DNA of 63,966 nt, filler included, from Octopus bimaculoides (GCF_001194135.2; 6 parts of 6 records of this genome joined end to end with filler, not necessarily neighbours in it), one strand, 5' to 3'. Positions 39,110 through 54,309 are shown, counted from the whole stretch's first letter. A program made the numbers and translations. The notes: a model not told the origin generated them from the sequence alone.

Positions 39110-42100
39110 AAGGGCATCCAGCTGTAGAAACTCTGCCAAATCACATTGGAGCCTGGTGTTGCCATCCGGTTTCACCAGTCCTCAGTCAAATTGTCCAACC
39201 CATGCTAGCATGGAAAGCGGACATTAAACGATGATGATGATGATATATATATATATATACACCATTCAATATATAATTGAATGGTGTATATTGTTAGACT
39301 TTTAAGTGTTTGAAAGTTATGATTTGTGGAGCTGTTTAGATGTTCTTCTCCATGGCAATAGCCATACTATACAACAAGAGTTGGCTCAGTGACTGCTTTG
39401 TTGGCATATTGTACATACATTATTTACCAGTAGACGTGTGATCAGAATGTAAATAAACGACAAAGTTACATGCAAAAATACTGAATGGTTTTCGGTCCAC
39501 AGAGGTTAAATGATGACACACTTTAGGTTCATATAATTAGAGTGAAGGTATACTGTACACAGGTGACACCCATAGTGAAAGAGTTAATATCACAGGGTCG
39601 TCAATAGCTTCCTTTATATTTCTTTTTAAGTTTTCACATTCAAACGAGTTTTCTAAAAAAAAAAATTTCTTTCTATATTTAATTGTTCTAATAATAGTCA
39701 TTTTGATCCACAGTGCACAACAAAGTGAAGAAAGATTGAGAAACACTGGTTTACAATTTTAACCCTTTGGAGACGGAGCCTTGTCTAGAGTTCCAGTGCC
39801 AAGAAGACGGAGCCGTTTAGAACTTAGGGACCCCCCTCTTGAACTGAGTGTTCCTCAGAAAGTTGGCAGCATACTTATTGATCTCTCTGACAAACATCTG
39901 AATGAGATTCCATGTAAAAATCATGTTCTAAGGATCCATATGTGTCTCTTGAGGCCTGCTGGTGCCTTGCAAATCATTTGGCAAATGGAATAAGTTGAGG
40001 ACTCAGTTTGCTCAAAAACTTGTGGATCGTTTACTTTCTTGAGTGAACAACCAGGCGTGCTTTGCTCCAAACAGCCTAACAAGCATATATATATATATAT
40101 ANNNNNNNNNNNNNNNNNNNNNNNNNNNNNNNNNNNNNNNNNNNNNNNNNNNNNNNNNNNNNNNNNNNNNNNNNNNNNNNNNNNNNNNNNNNNNNNNNNN
40201 NNNNNNNNNNNNNNNNNNNNNNNNNNNNNNNNNNNNNNNNNNNNNNNNNNNNNNNNNNNNNNNNNNNNNNNNNNNNNNNNNNNNNNNNNNNNNNNNNNNN
40301 NNNNNNNNNNNNNNNNNNNNNNNNNNNNNNNNNNNNNNNNNNNNNNNNNNNNNNNNNNNNNNNNNNNNNNNNNNNNNNNNNNNNNNNNNNNNNNNNNNNN
40401 NNNNNNNNNNNNNNNNNNNNNAAATTTAAACATTGTTCTATATAAATAAATTGCCATATGTTTTAAGAGAGAATATATATTTAGCACATTAGTCAGTGCA
40501 TGTAATAAAGTGTGTTAGTTAAGACATGTCTTGGGCGTGGTATTGCGTACCTACCAGACAAGGACTCAGGTATATTAGTTTTGTAAGCATATCCTAAGTG
40601 CAGTTGAGTTTCATTGTCAGAACGTGTTAAGAGTGCAGCAGTCAAGGCACACCTTAGGCATGATTGTGTTCGACACAGTGTTACTGTCAGGACATGACTT
40701 AAGATGGGTGACTGATTATAACTTAGAAGAGTATATTTGCCTTGACACACACCATGTCTACTATGAAAGGCCATAGACAATGTGATGGTTAGACTGTCTG
40801 GGTCAGTTAGACACTGTCTTAGACGTGGTATAATGTAACAGTTACACCGGGGGTTCCTGTACTTTCTTGGGTTGCCGCCCCCTTGGCATCTAGGCTATGT
40901 TCCTAGTGCCCCTCACCCCACACAACACCACAAACAGACCACTTTCTACAGCAAATTCAAAATAATTGTATTTCACAAATAAAACTTAAACCTAATTAAC
41001 CCATTATTTTGTTGGTTTTATGTCCAGCCCATTACCGCCCCACTTTTCTTCAAGGTCCCCCCCCCCAGAATTCCCCACCACCACAGGGGGAGGCAGTAGT
41101 GTCCACTTTGGAAACCACTGAGTTACACTGTATTAGATACAGTACAATATAGCAAACAGTCTTTGATAATGGTACAGTTCGACAGTCAAAGCACATCTTA
41201 ACCATCTCAGACATGGGCCCTTGTGTCTAACTTTACCCCGCCACCTAGGCTCCTCAGCAAAAAAATAAATAGCTGCCTATTACAGCTCAAGAAAAACAAT
41301 TGCTGGCAAACTATTGAACAGAATCACAAAAAAATTCAAGGGTGCAACGATAATAGGCCTATCTCTGAAAAACCGTATTCCTTCACCCAAATCACAACTT
41401 TCCTCATCACTCTCATTCTCTGTGTAAGGGTAAACTCTTCACCTGAAGAATAAACATCATCAATAATGTCCTCAACTGCAGAGAGTCTAGGCCTTGCTCG
41501 TTTACCAGATGAAGCGCCGGGGTTCATCACACACTTAATCTTTTACTTGTTTCAGTCATTTGACTGTGGCCATGCTGGAGCACCGCCTTTAGTCGAGCAA
41601 ATCGACCCCCAGGACTTATTCTTTGGAAGCCTAGTACTTATTCTATCGGTCCTTTTTGCCGAACCGCTAAGTTACGGGGACGTAAACACNNNNNNNNNNN
41701 NNNNNNNNNNNNNNNNNNNNNNNNNNNNNNNNNNNNNNNNNNNNNNNNNNNNNNNNNNNNNNNNNNNNNNNNNNNNNNNNNNNNNNNNNNNNNNNNNNNN
41801 NNNNNNNNNNNNNNNNNNNNNNNNNNNNNNNNNNNNNNNNNNNNNNNNNNNNNNNNNNNNNNNNNNNNNNNNNNNNNNNNNNNNNNNNNNNNNNNNNNNN
41901 NNNNNNNNNNNNNNNNNNNNNNNNNNNNNNNNNNNNNNNNNNNNNNNNNNNNNNNNNNNNNNNNNNNNNNNNNNNNNNNNNNNNNNNNNNNNNNNNNNNN
42001 NNNNNNNNNNNNNNNNNNNNNNNNNNNNNNNNNNNNNNNNNNNNNNNNNNNNNNNNNNNNNNNNNNNNNNNNNNNNNNNNNNNNNNNNNNNNNNNNNNNN

Positions 42101-42973
42101 NNNNNNNNNNNNNNNNNNNNNNNNNNNNNNNNNNNNNNNNNNNNNNNNNNNNNNNNNNNNNNNNNNNNNNNNNNNNNNNNNNNNNNNNTTTTTTTTTTTT
42201 TTTTTTTTCTATGTGTGTTGCTCATTACCGATTAAACGGGAATCTGGAAGAGATCACATTTAGGCTATTCCTGCTTTATACCAGGAACACAGAGTGATAG
42301 GGTTAAGTGTAATACAATGCGCCAATCAAGGCATGTCTTAATTATAATATTATAGTGTACCAATCAAGACATATCATGTGTAAGTACATGTGATATGTCA
42401 TCGAATTAAACTGCAGCAGTTGTTGAGTAACTCACATCAGTTCTGCTCAGACACATCTATAACATGAAGGTAAATGTTTAAACATCTGATATTAACATGT
42501 AGATTCACCACAGTAACTGGGACAATGCCTTATATATAATATAATACAGCAAATGATTAAATGAGTATAACACAACAGGTTTCGCGTTGAATTTTCTTCT
42601 CAAGTAACCCAGTGTTTTTGCAGGCAATTGCAGCAGAGATAAGTAGGATTAGCCCCAGGTCAACAGCAGGCATGCATGACCAACAGCATGAAGCAGGCCT
42701 ATGAACAAAAGCATGAAGTCTTTTTTTTTTTTGTTATTATTATGAAACATAATATTCAAGGTCATTTTTTTTTTCAAAATAGCAAGATGAGATCTGACAT
42801 AAGTTAGGCTGCTATTTCTAGCAAGTTGACCACATAGAGCCTCTCTATGTGGGGTGAATTATATCTGAGTAAATCCAACAGAATTATCACTGATGGCTGG
42901 CACAGACTCAATGCAAAGTTTGAATCTAGACCGTATGTTGTGTGATTGCTATCAGATTTTACTGATGACTCAC

Positions 42974-43117
42974 CAAAAACACTGATAGAGACACACAGAT
43001 ACAGACATACGTATAGCACACATAATTTCTAGGTCCTTCAGTGATAAATCTTGCCAAAGTGTCAAAGAATAAGGTAGAAATAGGTTTCAGCCTAGAATAT
43101 ATCATTACAAATCTAAC
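42974..43117 (-). CDS. Candidate exon, hydrophobic C-terminal half
   Basis: accccattcag|GTT...TTG|gtgagt; 144 bp, 48 open codons VRFVMIYSRLKPISTLFFDTLARFITEGPRNYVCYTYVCICVSLSVFL. Confidence 0.35.
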
Positions 43118-43685
43118 CTGAATGGGGTAATTGGAATTAATTGGGTCCATGTGTTACACACACACACACTAAAAAATATAAAGGATCAAGCAGCTAATCT
43201 GAGACTGTTGGAATGTTTCAAAGCCTGTGTTAGAAAGATAGAAGCATGAGGCTTGTTATAACATAAGGGGAAATATTACTAAATATGTCCACCATGAACA
43301 GCTATAATCAACTGAATATGCAGAAGTCTAAGTATGCCCTCTTTTACTCATCCATGATGGTAGATCTGAATGCCACCTTAACGGAAATCTTCTTTGTAGT
43401 TTTACAGCCAAGATGTCACAGTGATCTTGCCCTCAATAATGTCTCACACACATTCAAAAGTTGTAGAGGTTTAGAACTGGCAAGTTAGAAAACCCAAACT
43501 TCCTTGTAGATAAACAGTGAAAGTATTACCTTCACAAGTCCAACCAGTCTGGGCTGACCTGGGGCTAAAGGACAACCGTTGCAATGGGGAAAAAAACAGC
43601 AACAAAGACAATAGGTACTGTAAATAAATTAGCTAACTATACCTGTTTGGTACCTATTTCATCGAACCACAACAATTTCACTCAC

Positions 43686-43780
43686 AATGGTTGGAGCTCC
43701 CACACAGATTAAAGGACAAAATATCAACCACAAGGCCACACACCTTCACACAGAGTATATTCAGTGGTAAATGTACAAAT
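43686..43780 (-). CDS. Candidate exon of an unidentified gene
   Basis: ttgcttctgcag|A TTT...CAT T|gtgagt; one open frame FVHLPLNILCVKVCGLVVDILSFNLCGSSNH. Confidence 0.3.
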
Positions 43781-44089
43781 CTGCAGAAGCAAATGCATAC
43801 TACAAGGTGATGTTCCTAGTGCTCAACTGTTTCGGTCACTGTTCTAGTAATAAATCCACAGATCCTGCCATGGCATCCATAATAACATCATCAAAATCTT
43901 GACCAAATATTCTATTTTATGTTCAAACTGGCCACATCCAGCCCCTCACACCTACCCTGCCATGGCATTCAGAAAATAAACAATCACATCATCAAAATCT
44001 TGAAGCAACAAGACACTACATGGTCAACCCAAAACAATGTAAATAAATAACCATTACATTTAGCAGAATAATCTGAATGCTAAAGGTTC

Positions 44090-44680
44090 ATCATCATCAT
44101 TTAACATACATTGTCCATGCTGGCATGGGTTGGACAGTTTGACTGGGCTGGCACGCTGGAAGGCTGCGCCAGGCTCCAGTCTGATTTGGCATAGTTTTCT
44201 ACGGCTGGATGCCCTTCCTAATGCCAACCACTCCGAGAGTGTAATGGGTGCTTTTACGTGCCACCAACATGGGTGCCATTTGCATGACACCGGTATCTGC
44301 CATGACTGTGATTTTGCTCAGCTTGATGGGTTGTCTTCTCAAGCACAACATAATGCCAAGGATCTTGGTCATTGCCTCCATGAGGCCCAACACTTGAAAG
44401 GAGCTCAGCCACTTTGGCTCCACGAAGCCCAACACTCAAAAGGAACTCAGCCAACTCACCTCCGTGAGGCCTACTCGAAAAGAACTCAGCCACCTCGCCT
44501 CTGTGAGACCCAACATTTGTAGGTTGATTTTTACATACCACTCGCATGGGTGCACTTGGCTTGATGGGTCCTCTTAAGCAGAGCACATAGCCAAAGGTCT
44601 TGGTCACTAATCATTGCCTCTGTGAGGTGCAAAGTTCAAAGGTCATGCTTCAACACCTCATCCCATGTCTTCCTGGGTTT
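44090..44680 (-). mobile_element. Family D copy with internal ~36-bp tandem units
   Basis: D tail at 44090-44270; gaggcccaacac..aaaggaactcagcc unit repeated about 4 times at ~44375-44520. Confidence 0.8.
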
Positions 44681-44919
44681 ACCCCCCTACTACAGTCAGT
44701 GGCATTGCAAAAAAAAAAAGCTGGTTTTAACAAGATTTGAACCATATTTTTGCCTCAAGATTAACAACAGCAACAACCAACAAACAAGCTACCAATGAGT
44801 GGAGTTCAGTGACAATGAGGTGGAGGGGTGTCTCCATGGAGATAGCAATGAGTTGTCACCAACACTCATGCAGTGAGACTAAGAGAGGATATGAGGCGTC
44901 AGACAGGAGGCACAAGTGG

Positions 44920-45517
44920 GGATGGGCAAGGTGATGAGTGGTAGGAGCACAGAGATTAGTGAGGGAGAGAGGGAAGAGGAGGAAAAGGAAAGAATGGAAA
45001 GAAGGATAGCAGGAGGGGAAAAAAGGAAAAGAAACAAAAAAAAGGCAAAGAAAGAAAACAAAAAAAAAAGAAGGGAACAAATGCAAGAAGGGGGGGAAGG
45101 GGAGAAGATTTTGGAAAAAAGAAGGAAAAAAAAAAGCAGAAAGGAATGGATCCAAGGAACGGAAGAAGGAATGGAAAACAAAAAAAAAAAATTTAAGCCA
45201 AAATTTTTGCAGATCTATTTCCAAAATTTGATAACATGGAACAGGATCACACTTAGCAAAGTGGAGAAGATATGCAGACTCTACCTCACTGCCACTATGA
45301 ACGGGGAGAGAGGAGGGGAGAGGGAGAGAAGGGGTGGAGGAGAGAGGGGGAGGGGGAAAAGGAGAAGGGTAAGGGAGTGGAGGAAAGTAGCAGTAAAGTA
45401 GGATGAATGGTTGACTGTTGATTGTATGATGCGGACTAACAGAGGTGGGTGTTGAAATGAAGAACTGTTATCTAACAGTGTGGTGATGGTGGTTATATGT
45501 ATACGTATGCATGTGTC

Positions 45518-45559
<42 letters not shown>

Positions 45560-45681
45560 GGGGATATAAACACACCAACAGNNNNNNNNNNNNNNNNNNN
45601 NNNNNNNNNNNNNNNNNNNNNNNNNTTAATTAATTAANNNNNNNNNNNNNNNNNNNNNNNNNNNNNNNNNNNNNNNNNNNN

Positions 45682-45737
<56 letters not shown>

Positions 45738-46490
45738 AGTAATCAATGTGGTTGTTTTAAACGTTTTAAAGTACATTTAATCAAGGTTTTCCAAAAGTTT
45801 GAAATGGCTTTCTTTGGTGAGGATGAATAAATCAGATATTTTATTTATTCTTACCTTTCAGTAGTATTTTTCTATTTTTAACAATTCCCTTTTCCTTTCT
45901 TCTCCGTCTATATCTTCTCCTCTTCTTCATCTTATTTTTCCTCTTCTTCATTTTCGTCCTCCTCCTCTTCACCTACTTCCTCTTCTGCTTCTTCATTCCA
46001 TTCCTCCACTTCACCTTCTTCCACCTCATCCTCCTCAACTTCATCATTTTTCTCTTCTTCCTTTCCTCCTCGTCCTCCTTTTCTTCTTCCTTCATCTTCC
46101 CCTCCACCTCCTCCTTCTTTTCTTCTTCCTTCTTTTTTCTTCCCCTCCACCCATCCTTTCCTTTATTCTACCCCTTCTCCCTTCCCCACTTCTTCATCTC
46201 CACCTTTCCTGCTTCTTCCACCTCCTCCTCCTTTTCTTGTTCTTTCTTCTTCTTGTTGGTCTTGTTCTTTCTTCTTCTTGGTTTTCTTGCTGGTCGTCTT
46301 CGTTATCACCATCTTTTTCGTCAGTCACTAGCATCATGTTTTCTCCAACTTCCTTTTTTATTGTTATCACTATCATTCACTTCTTATCCTCTTCCTCTTC
46401 CTTCTTCACCTGCTCCGCCGATGTCTCTTTCTCTTCGTCCATCAAGTCACCACCACCACCACCACCACCACCATTACTTCCACTACCATC
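44920..46490. repeat. Low-complexity purine-rich and pyrimidine-rich tracts on either side of a spacer gap
   Basis: GA-rich 44920-45400; TC-rich 45870-46490. Confidence 0.85.
45582..45681. other. Synthetic 100-bp assembly spacer
   Basis: N44-TTAATTAATTAA-N44. Confidence 0.95.
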
Positions 46491-48261
46491 ACCAAAGTGG
46501 TCCTCGTTACCCTCATCATCCAGAACAACTATGAGGGCAATAAATTACAATGATAATACCTCAAGATTTGTTGTTGCAAGTATTATGTTATAATAGTGTT
46601 GCATGTCGCTGTTATATTGTCCTGTAATTTTCTTGTATATTGATATAAAACTGCTGTATCTTAGATTGTTACATATTGGTAGATACTATATCACCTTGTC
46701 AAATATTGTATGTTGCTATAACGTTGTTCTTATGATATCGTTGTAAGAATCTTGCACACGTTGTTACAATATTATTATGCGATGGTTCTCATAGTATTGC
46801 AGAATTTGGTTATGATCATGTTACAAGTTACAATATTGCACTATGTTCTTATAATGCCCAACAATATTGTTACATAACACATGCTAGCATACTGTTATTG
46901 TATTTTGAGATAATATTGTTATATTTTATAATATTGATATATATTGTTACAATATTGATATATATCATTATATCTTTATACTGTATAATTATCGTAATGT
47001 TATATGCTGTTATATTGTTTCTTGTTACAATATTGTTATATGACCTTATGATATTGAGCGTGCTCCTTATGTATAATATATTCTAGCTCGTATCTTACGT
47101 TTCTGAAAATACTGTCGCATGCTTATTTTATTATAATCCTTCATACTATTTTAAATTCTGAATAATGTTTTAATGTTACTACCGCAGCTGCTCTCAGTTT
47201 TTGCTGTTAATGATTGTGGTATACTTGTAGTTTTAATCTTCATTCATTTTTAGTTCTTGATACATACTTTTGCTAGTCTTGTCTGTATTATTGCTGTTTT
47301 TGCTGTTGATTTAGTTAATGCTTTTGGTTTTATTCTATTTGATACAATTAATATTAATTTTCCTGCTGCTTTCATTATCCTTGTTACTGTTGTTTTAGCA
47401 GCTGCAACTGTTGTCCTTACTCTTGTTATTTATAATTCATAGACTCGATAAAATAATCTGCCGATTGCTATGAATTGATTGATGTCCATTCTTTCTTTCA
47501 TCCTTGGTCCTTGACGTTCTAAATGTCCGTCTGTGATATTTAGCAACATTCCTTAAAGATTTAGATTCCAAATACCGTTAACAACCTCCATTCCAGTTCA
47601 CTAAATAACGACACATTGATTTATGGTCTTGCCAGAAGCCGAAAGGTAGCGCTAGTGAGCATTGCCGTGATCTCCGAGATTAGTTGTAAGAAATGGAGGA
47701 AGAAATCACAACTCATAGCTCAGTGCAGGAGAGAATAAAGACTCGTATGTTGAGTTATTCTCCTACAAGAGATCTGGTGTTAATATTTGCGTGAAATGCA
47801 GTCAGCAAGGAAGCATTCATAGGCCAGGTGTTAAACCGGGGGCTGTACTAGTGGACTTCACATTATTTGCACACTGATGGTATTTGTACTTAAAAAGGTG
47901 TATTCCAAACCGATCGAAATGATTATTCTCAACTATTACTTTAATACCATCGCAGTTAGTTCCACAATAACAAATCTGTGGAATTGTGCCAATATAACTA
48001 ATAGCCTATTTATAATAAATAGCAATTAGACTGATTAATATGCAAAAACATTTAATTATGATAAACCAAAGATAATTATATTCAGTCAATCAGTTTTACA
48101 AGTGAATTCCCAAAAGGATCTTACGATGTAATTACTTTATTATTATCTGGTATTTAGTGATGTACTGTGATTTCATTCGCCGGAAAAAAAATCGCCATTA
48201 TAGCAGATGACTATTTGGGACTTTGGAGAAAGACATATTGGATAGTAACACATACAGACAT

Positions 48262-48312
<51 letters not shown>

Positions 48313-49149
48313 AGATGTACTCATATGCAACCGCAAACATATAAACATTCACTCTTCTATGTCCGTGAATATTGATAGATGCATACATAAATATGATTAC
48401 ACACAAGAGTGTGCACACTTCGACGCATGAACGTGTACATGAAAACAATCATACGCATCCACACACATTCATTCTAGTGGAAGGATATGAATGTAGTAAA
48501 AACGACAGATGTAATTAAATAAACCAAGATATTATTTAGAACAGTGCTTTGTGCTTTTATTACTCTAGGGATAGAAAATTCTGTATACAATGTTCTTTTT
48601 TTCCTCAGATTATTGACCCTTGCTGTCTTTTATAAATAACACCACAACCAAAATTCATTCTTACATACATACCTACATACATACATACATACATGACAGT
48701 TGGCTTAAATGAAAGATTTTTCTTCTAATCTTACGTCTCTTCTTAGTTCAATAATCCTTTTCTTATTCTTCAACTCTCCTTTCACCCCACTTTTTCCCTT
48801 CAGCTCACTCAACTTCATCTGTTTCCCATCCTCATTCCTCTCTACTTCCACTTCACTCACAAAGTTTCTCTCTCCTACTACTTCCTGTCCACGCATGAAG
48901 CTCACGTAGAGTGAACATTCTAAAGTTATACATTTAGTTGTTGACACAACCAACAAGATCCCACCACTACCACAATCATCATCATCGTCGTCGTCGTCGT
49001 CCTCGGCGGCGGCATCTAATAGAAAGCATTGAGCTTTCAAATTCTTAGAAATGACGATTAGCCTCGTAAGAGGCATCACACACACAAACACCGCACGCAC
49101 ACATACAAGCACACATACAAGCATACATACACGTAGATACGTACATGTG

Positions 49150-49186
<37 letters not shown>

Positions 49187-49209
49187 NNNNNNNNNNATAC
49201 ACACGTACA

Positions 49210-49760
49210 TACATACATACATGCATACATACATTAGAAAATCCCTCTGTTAGGGAATACAATCATAAACACCAACTCAAGGAATACTGGTGGAATATTC
49301 GCATCAAAACGTCTGTCAAATGTAAACACAACAGGCCGGATATTGTTGTTTGGGAGAGGCGGGGCAAAGGTATGTATGATCATAGAGGTCAGCTGCCCTA
49401 CAGATATAAATATCTCTTTGAAAATCAAAGAAAAAGAGGATATCTATGGACAAATGCTTCGAAACTTCCAACTTTTATATCCAGACTATGAATTCATATT
49501 CATACCAGTAATAATTGGAGCACTACGTTTTGTTGGTAAATGCTTAAAGGAGAATCTGGATAAACAGGGATTTTCAGAAAGAGAATTCGACTAGCTAATT
49601 CGTACATTACAAGTGCAATCTGTGAGTCGAACAGTAAAAATATGCAAGACTTTTTTCAAGTTCCAAATGTGAATTTGTCTGTGTTAACTACATCCTGAAG
49701 ATGGAGCCTGGTGTCTTTGTTGGAGACCGGCTCCCTCCTCAGTGGAAGATTTATAATAAT
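49210..49760 (+). mobile_element. R4/Dong-like retrotransposon 3' fragment (restriction-like endonuclease)
   Basis: EYWWN...HNRPDIVVW, CMIIEVSCPTDINISLKIKEKEDIY..L, FIPVIIGAL. Confidence 0.9.
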
Positions 49761-50505
49761 TAAAAACTAGAGGAGACATACACATGTATAGCATTAGTCC
49801 TCCGTACGTGAGGCTATAACATCTTGTCAACTTTTTGTTTTTTGCAAAATAGTTTCATCTGTTTGCAAGTCTTCGTTGAAAGCCTTTTATTTTAGAGATT
49901 AAGTTATCGATGAATTATCTTCACTACGACTGGTGGTCACCATCTACACTTGACTATATTGCATAGCCGTTGACTGTCCCGAGTTCCTTCGCCCTTTGCC
50001 GGATCTTGTTTTTCATCCAACACGGTATCCAAAATCCATCCTCATCACCCAAGAAGCTTGGTGAAGTTTAGTGGCCAATGATCCAACCATGCGACATGAT
50101 GTACCTCCGATTGTTCGACCCACTTAAACTTCAATAGTAATTGACTGAGAAAGTAGTTAAGTACCCGACATATACATTTTCCTGTTATGTAATTCACTGG
50201 CGCCAGACCAATAAAGTTTGTGCGTATCAAAGTTCCCTATTTGAATTGCAGATACATTCAATCGCATGGGTTCCACATTTTGGGGCCATGTATGACAATT
50301 CTGAGAGAAACTTTCTCAAATCTCTGCGAAGTTGTTTTGAACTCGGTACGCTATTCTCTATAACTTTATACTCTCTTTGTGTTACATACATACGTGTATA
50401 CAGATAATCGCTCGTTTACACATGTATAAACACACGCACATATTCATGCATAAATGCAAACGTATAATTGTATATGTATACATATATAGTGTACATTATA
50501 TGCAC

Positions 50506-50563
<58 letters not shown>

Positions 50564-50676
50564 ATATATATATATAATTGGTAGGTTCTGAGCGTCTGCT
50601 GGTGAAAGAGAAAAGGTGTACTACTTTTCTGACACGCACGCACACGCACTCATATACGCATACATACACACAATTT

Positions 50677-50806
<130 letters not shown>

Positions 50807-51378
50807 TTTGATTATGCATTTCGAATCTATATCCCGTATACATTTAAATGTGTTAATAGCTTCAGCACATGTGCACATATTATGCTTGCTACTCCCCATA
50901 TGCCTACCTATAGCAAATTCAGTGGGAGTACTTTGGCATTCGTTTTACGCAGATATTTCCCCACAATAAATATTTATGGGACTATGTATGCGTTTATGCG
51001 TGTGTGAGTATGTATTACATGTATATCTGCATACATATGTACAAAAACATGTATCGATTTATATATATTTGTGAGTGCATAGGTATCAATGTTTTATTCT
51101 TTTGTATTTGGATAAAACATTCCAGATTTTACGTAGACAAGTCTTTAGACATAGTGTCTGGAATATAATTCCTGAAAGTTTGGATGGTTTACAAATTACG
51201 TTTCAACTAAACTGCTGCGATTCAATTAGTCTACAGGTAATGGTTATAATTTAAAACAATTGTAATTGTATATACTCTCAACCTACTTAGTTAAATTTCA
51301 CTGTTTATCTCTGAGTGTATAAATGTATGTACTGAATATGAGATTATAAGATGCACACTTCTCATATATACTCATACA

Positions 51379-51425
<47 letters not shown>

Positions 51426-51644
51426 CATGTATATATAGTGTATATATGTGTGTGTGTATTTATATATATACACACATACATATACACACTATATATATAT
51501 GTATGCATATATATATATTTATATACATATACGCATATATATATATTTATATACATATACGCATATATATATATATATATATATATATACGCATATATAT
51601 ATATATATATATACGCATATATATATATATATACGCATATATAT

Positions 51645-51744
51645 NNNNNNNNNNNNNNNNNNNNNNNNNNNNNNNNNNNNNNNNNNNNTTAATTAATTAA
51701 NNNNNNNNNNNNNNNNNNNNNNNNNNNNNNNNNNNNNNNNNNNN
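51645..51744. other. Synthetic 100-bp assembly spacer
   Basis: N44-TTAATTAATTAA-N44. Confidence 0.95.
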
Positions 51745-52706
51745 GCCAGCGAGTAGATAGGGCTCTTAATTGTAGATTTTAAATATTTGAGAGACAACAA
51801 TGCATAAATCGTAAATATAAATATATATATAAATATATATATATATGATGGGCTTCTTTCAGTTTCCATCTACCAAATCCACTCACAAGGCCTTGATTAG
51901 CCCAAGGCTATAGTAGAAAACACTTGCCCAAGGTGCTACACAATGGGACTGAATGAAAGGGAATCTCTCTTTCTGTCCACTTCCTTCCTAAAGAAAAGAC
52001 GTGCCTTTTCCTGTCTTCTCTCATGGCTTGTCCACCTAGCGTTCATAATAATTTTTCTATCGTCTTGGCTCAACAGCTCTCACCATTTTTGATGTCCTGT
52101 ACTCATATTTGCATGTATATATATACATATACATGTAGGTATGTACATATATGTATGGATATATGCATATATTTATATATTATTTATATTATATACATAA
52201 CTTTTCTTACCTTTTACTTGTTTCAGTCATTGGACTGCAGCCATGCAGGAGCACCACCTTTAGTCGAGCAAATTGACCCCAGGACTTATTCTTTGTAAGC
52301 CTAGTATTTATTCTATCGGTCTCTTTTACTGAACCGCTAAGTTACGGGGACATAAACACACCNNNNNNNNNNNNNNNNNNNNNNNNNNNNNNNNNNNNNN
52401 NNNNNNNNNNNNNNNNNNNNNNNNNNNNNNNNNNNNNNNNNNNNNNNNNNNNNNNNNNNNNNNNNNNNNNNNNNNNNNNNNNNNNNNNNNNNNNNNNNNN
52501 NNNNNNNNNNNNNNNNNNNNNNNNNNNNNNNNNNNNNNNNNNNNNNNNNNNNNNNNNNNNNNNNNNNNNNNNNNNNNNNNNNNNNNNNNNNNNNNNNNNN
52601 NNNNNNNNNNNNNNNNNNNNNNNNNNNNNNNNNNNNNNNNNNNNNNNNNNNNNNNNNNNNNNNNNNNNNNNNNNNNNNNNNNNNNNNNNNNNNNNNNNNN
52701 NNNNNN

Positions 52707-52752
<46 letters not shown>

Positions 52753-52958
52753 TACATACATACATACATGCATGCATACATACATACACACACACATACA
52801 TACATACATACATACATACATTTTATACTTTCAATAAAGCCCCAAAATATTTTAATGAAAGCAAATTACTCTACCTTCAATATTCAAGTACTATATTTTT
52901 TCACCTTGCTTTGCATTTACGTGCTTACTTGTGTATATATACAGTATATGTATATATT

Positions 52959-53014
<56 letters not shown>

Positions 53015-53637
53015 TCTAATAGATATTCTGACAGAGGTAGATAGATAGATAGATAGATAGATAGATTGATTTTATATACTTACATACATGTATGTGTGGA
53101 ATTGGTAACAATTTATGGAGTTGGTGTGGTTGGCCATGTTCTTGATGCGTTGTAGCAAGTGACTCTAATTCAAGACGTGCAGAAAAAGAATATATTTATT
53201 CTCAAACTACTTTCATGAACAGAAATTTCTATGACTGATTACCCATCTTAGTAATTATTTCTATTTATAAGTAACCAAATATTATCCAATATTTTACAGA
53301 TGGCATTGCTATTTTCAAAATTGTTTGTAGGTGCTGCGAACAAAGTAATTTTATGTGAAAACATAATATAATTTTCAAGTTAGTCTTCATAATGTAAAAT
53401 GTCTTAGAAATGAAAGTTCAGACATGTTGACAAAGTTCATAGAAGTTATTAAAGGTCATAAAAGTTAATAGATAGTTCATTAGAGAATCTATTAAAATGT
53501 TTTAGCATTGAATATCAAACGAAGTTGAAAGACAGTTCATTGAAGTTAAATAGACCATTCATTAGGAAAAATTTAAAGAGTCCAGTCTCATAACATAGTC
53601 GACATAACTTTGTGTGTCATATTTCCCTGTTGCTTAC

Positions 53638-53788
53638 TGCTGGCTGTTACCCTTGGCAGTAGTCGCAAGACAATTGTACTCAGGAAGAACACACTCTTTG
53701 GCTGTATGAACATTCACTAGGTTGCACCCATCATAGCTCCCAACAAGGTACTCAATGACTGGTACAAAATGAGAAAAGGTTATTAAAT
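53638..53788 (-). CDS. Candidate coding exon of an unidentified gene
   Basis: gatttcacag|AT TTA...CAG CA|gtaagc; single open frame LITFSHFVPVIEYLVGSYDGCNLVNVHTAKECVLPEYNCLATTAKGNSQ in non-repetitive sequence; no homolog recognised. Confidence 0.45.
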
Positions 53789-54309
53789 CTGTGAAATCAC
53801 CTAAATGTATGAGAAATTTTTCACCATTCACTCTTGTACCTTCTTGGTATTTCTGTCTACGATATGTCTCTCATCTTTTTCTACACACTTTTACAACCCA
53901 TCCACCATATACTTGTCATCTGCATTTCTTTTATCCTTCCTCTATCTATTGCATTGTTGTTGTTGCTGCTGCTGTTGTTATTGTTGTTGTTGTTGTCACT
54001 TTGAAAACTATATATTTCGAATGAGAATTTGGCAGCACCACGTCTAGCCGAACAATTATTCTGTGTTGATGAAAGGAAATAACCCGGAAATCGCAATACA
54101 TAGATATTATTTTGAGCTGAGTGGGGGTGCTTGATTCCCTTGTTCAAAAATATGAGGACACAGATCGTGTAATATAGCCAGCTGGAGACAATGTCTCCTG
54201 GGGCTAAATTACAGCAACATTCGTCCTAAACCATGACTGCCATGCTATGTTGGCAAACAATCTTTACTACAAAGTACTGTTGCTGAATATTTCCCGTTGT
54301 GAGATTTAA

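Noticed and set aside
39428-39652. 225-bp exon-like segment with phase 1-1 splice signals
   Set aside because: In-frame TAA in the only plausible frame; adjoins a hAT-type terminus (gattgagaaacactg, ~39735-39749), so probably a transposon remnant.
41336-41530. 64-aa ORF MMNPGASSGKRARPR...
   Set aside because: No recognisable domain or splice sites; abuts SINE and MITE remnants.
44916-45401. 161-aa K/E/R-rich ORF
   Set aside because: By-product of a purine-rich low-complexity tract; no domain or splice support.
49900-50380. Possible LINE endonuclease remnant (HKLYWSG) on minus
   Set aside because: Too decayed, with multiple stops and one weak motif; cannot be assigned without a profile search.
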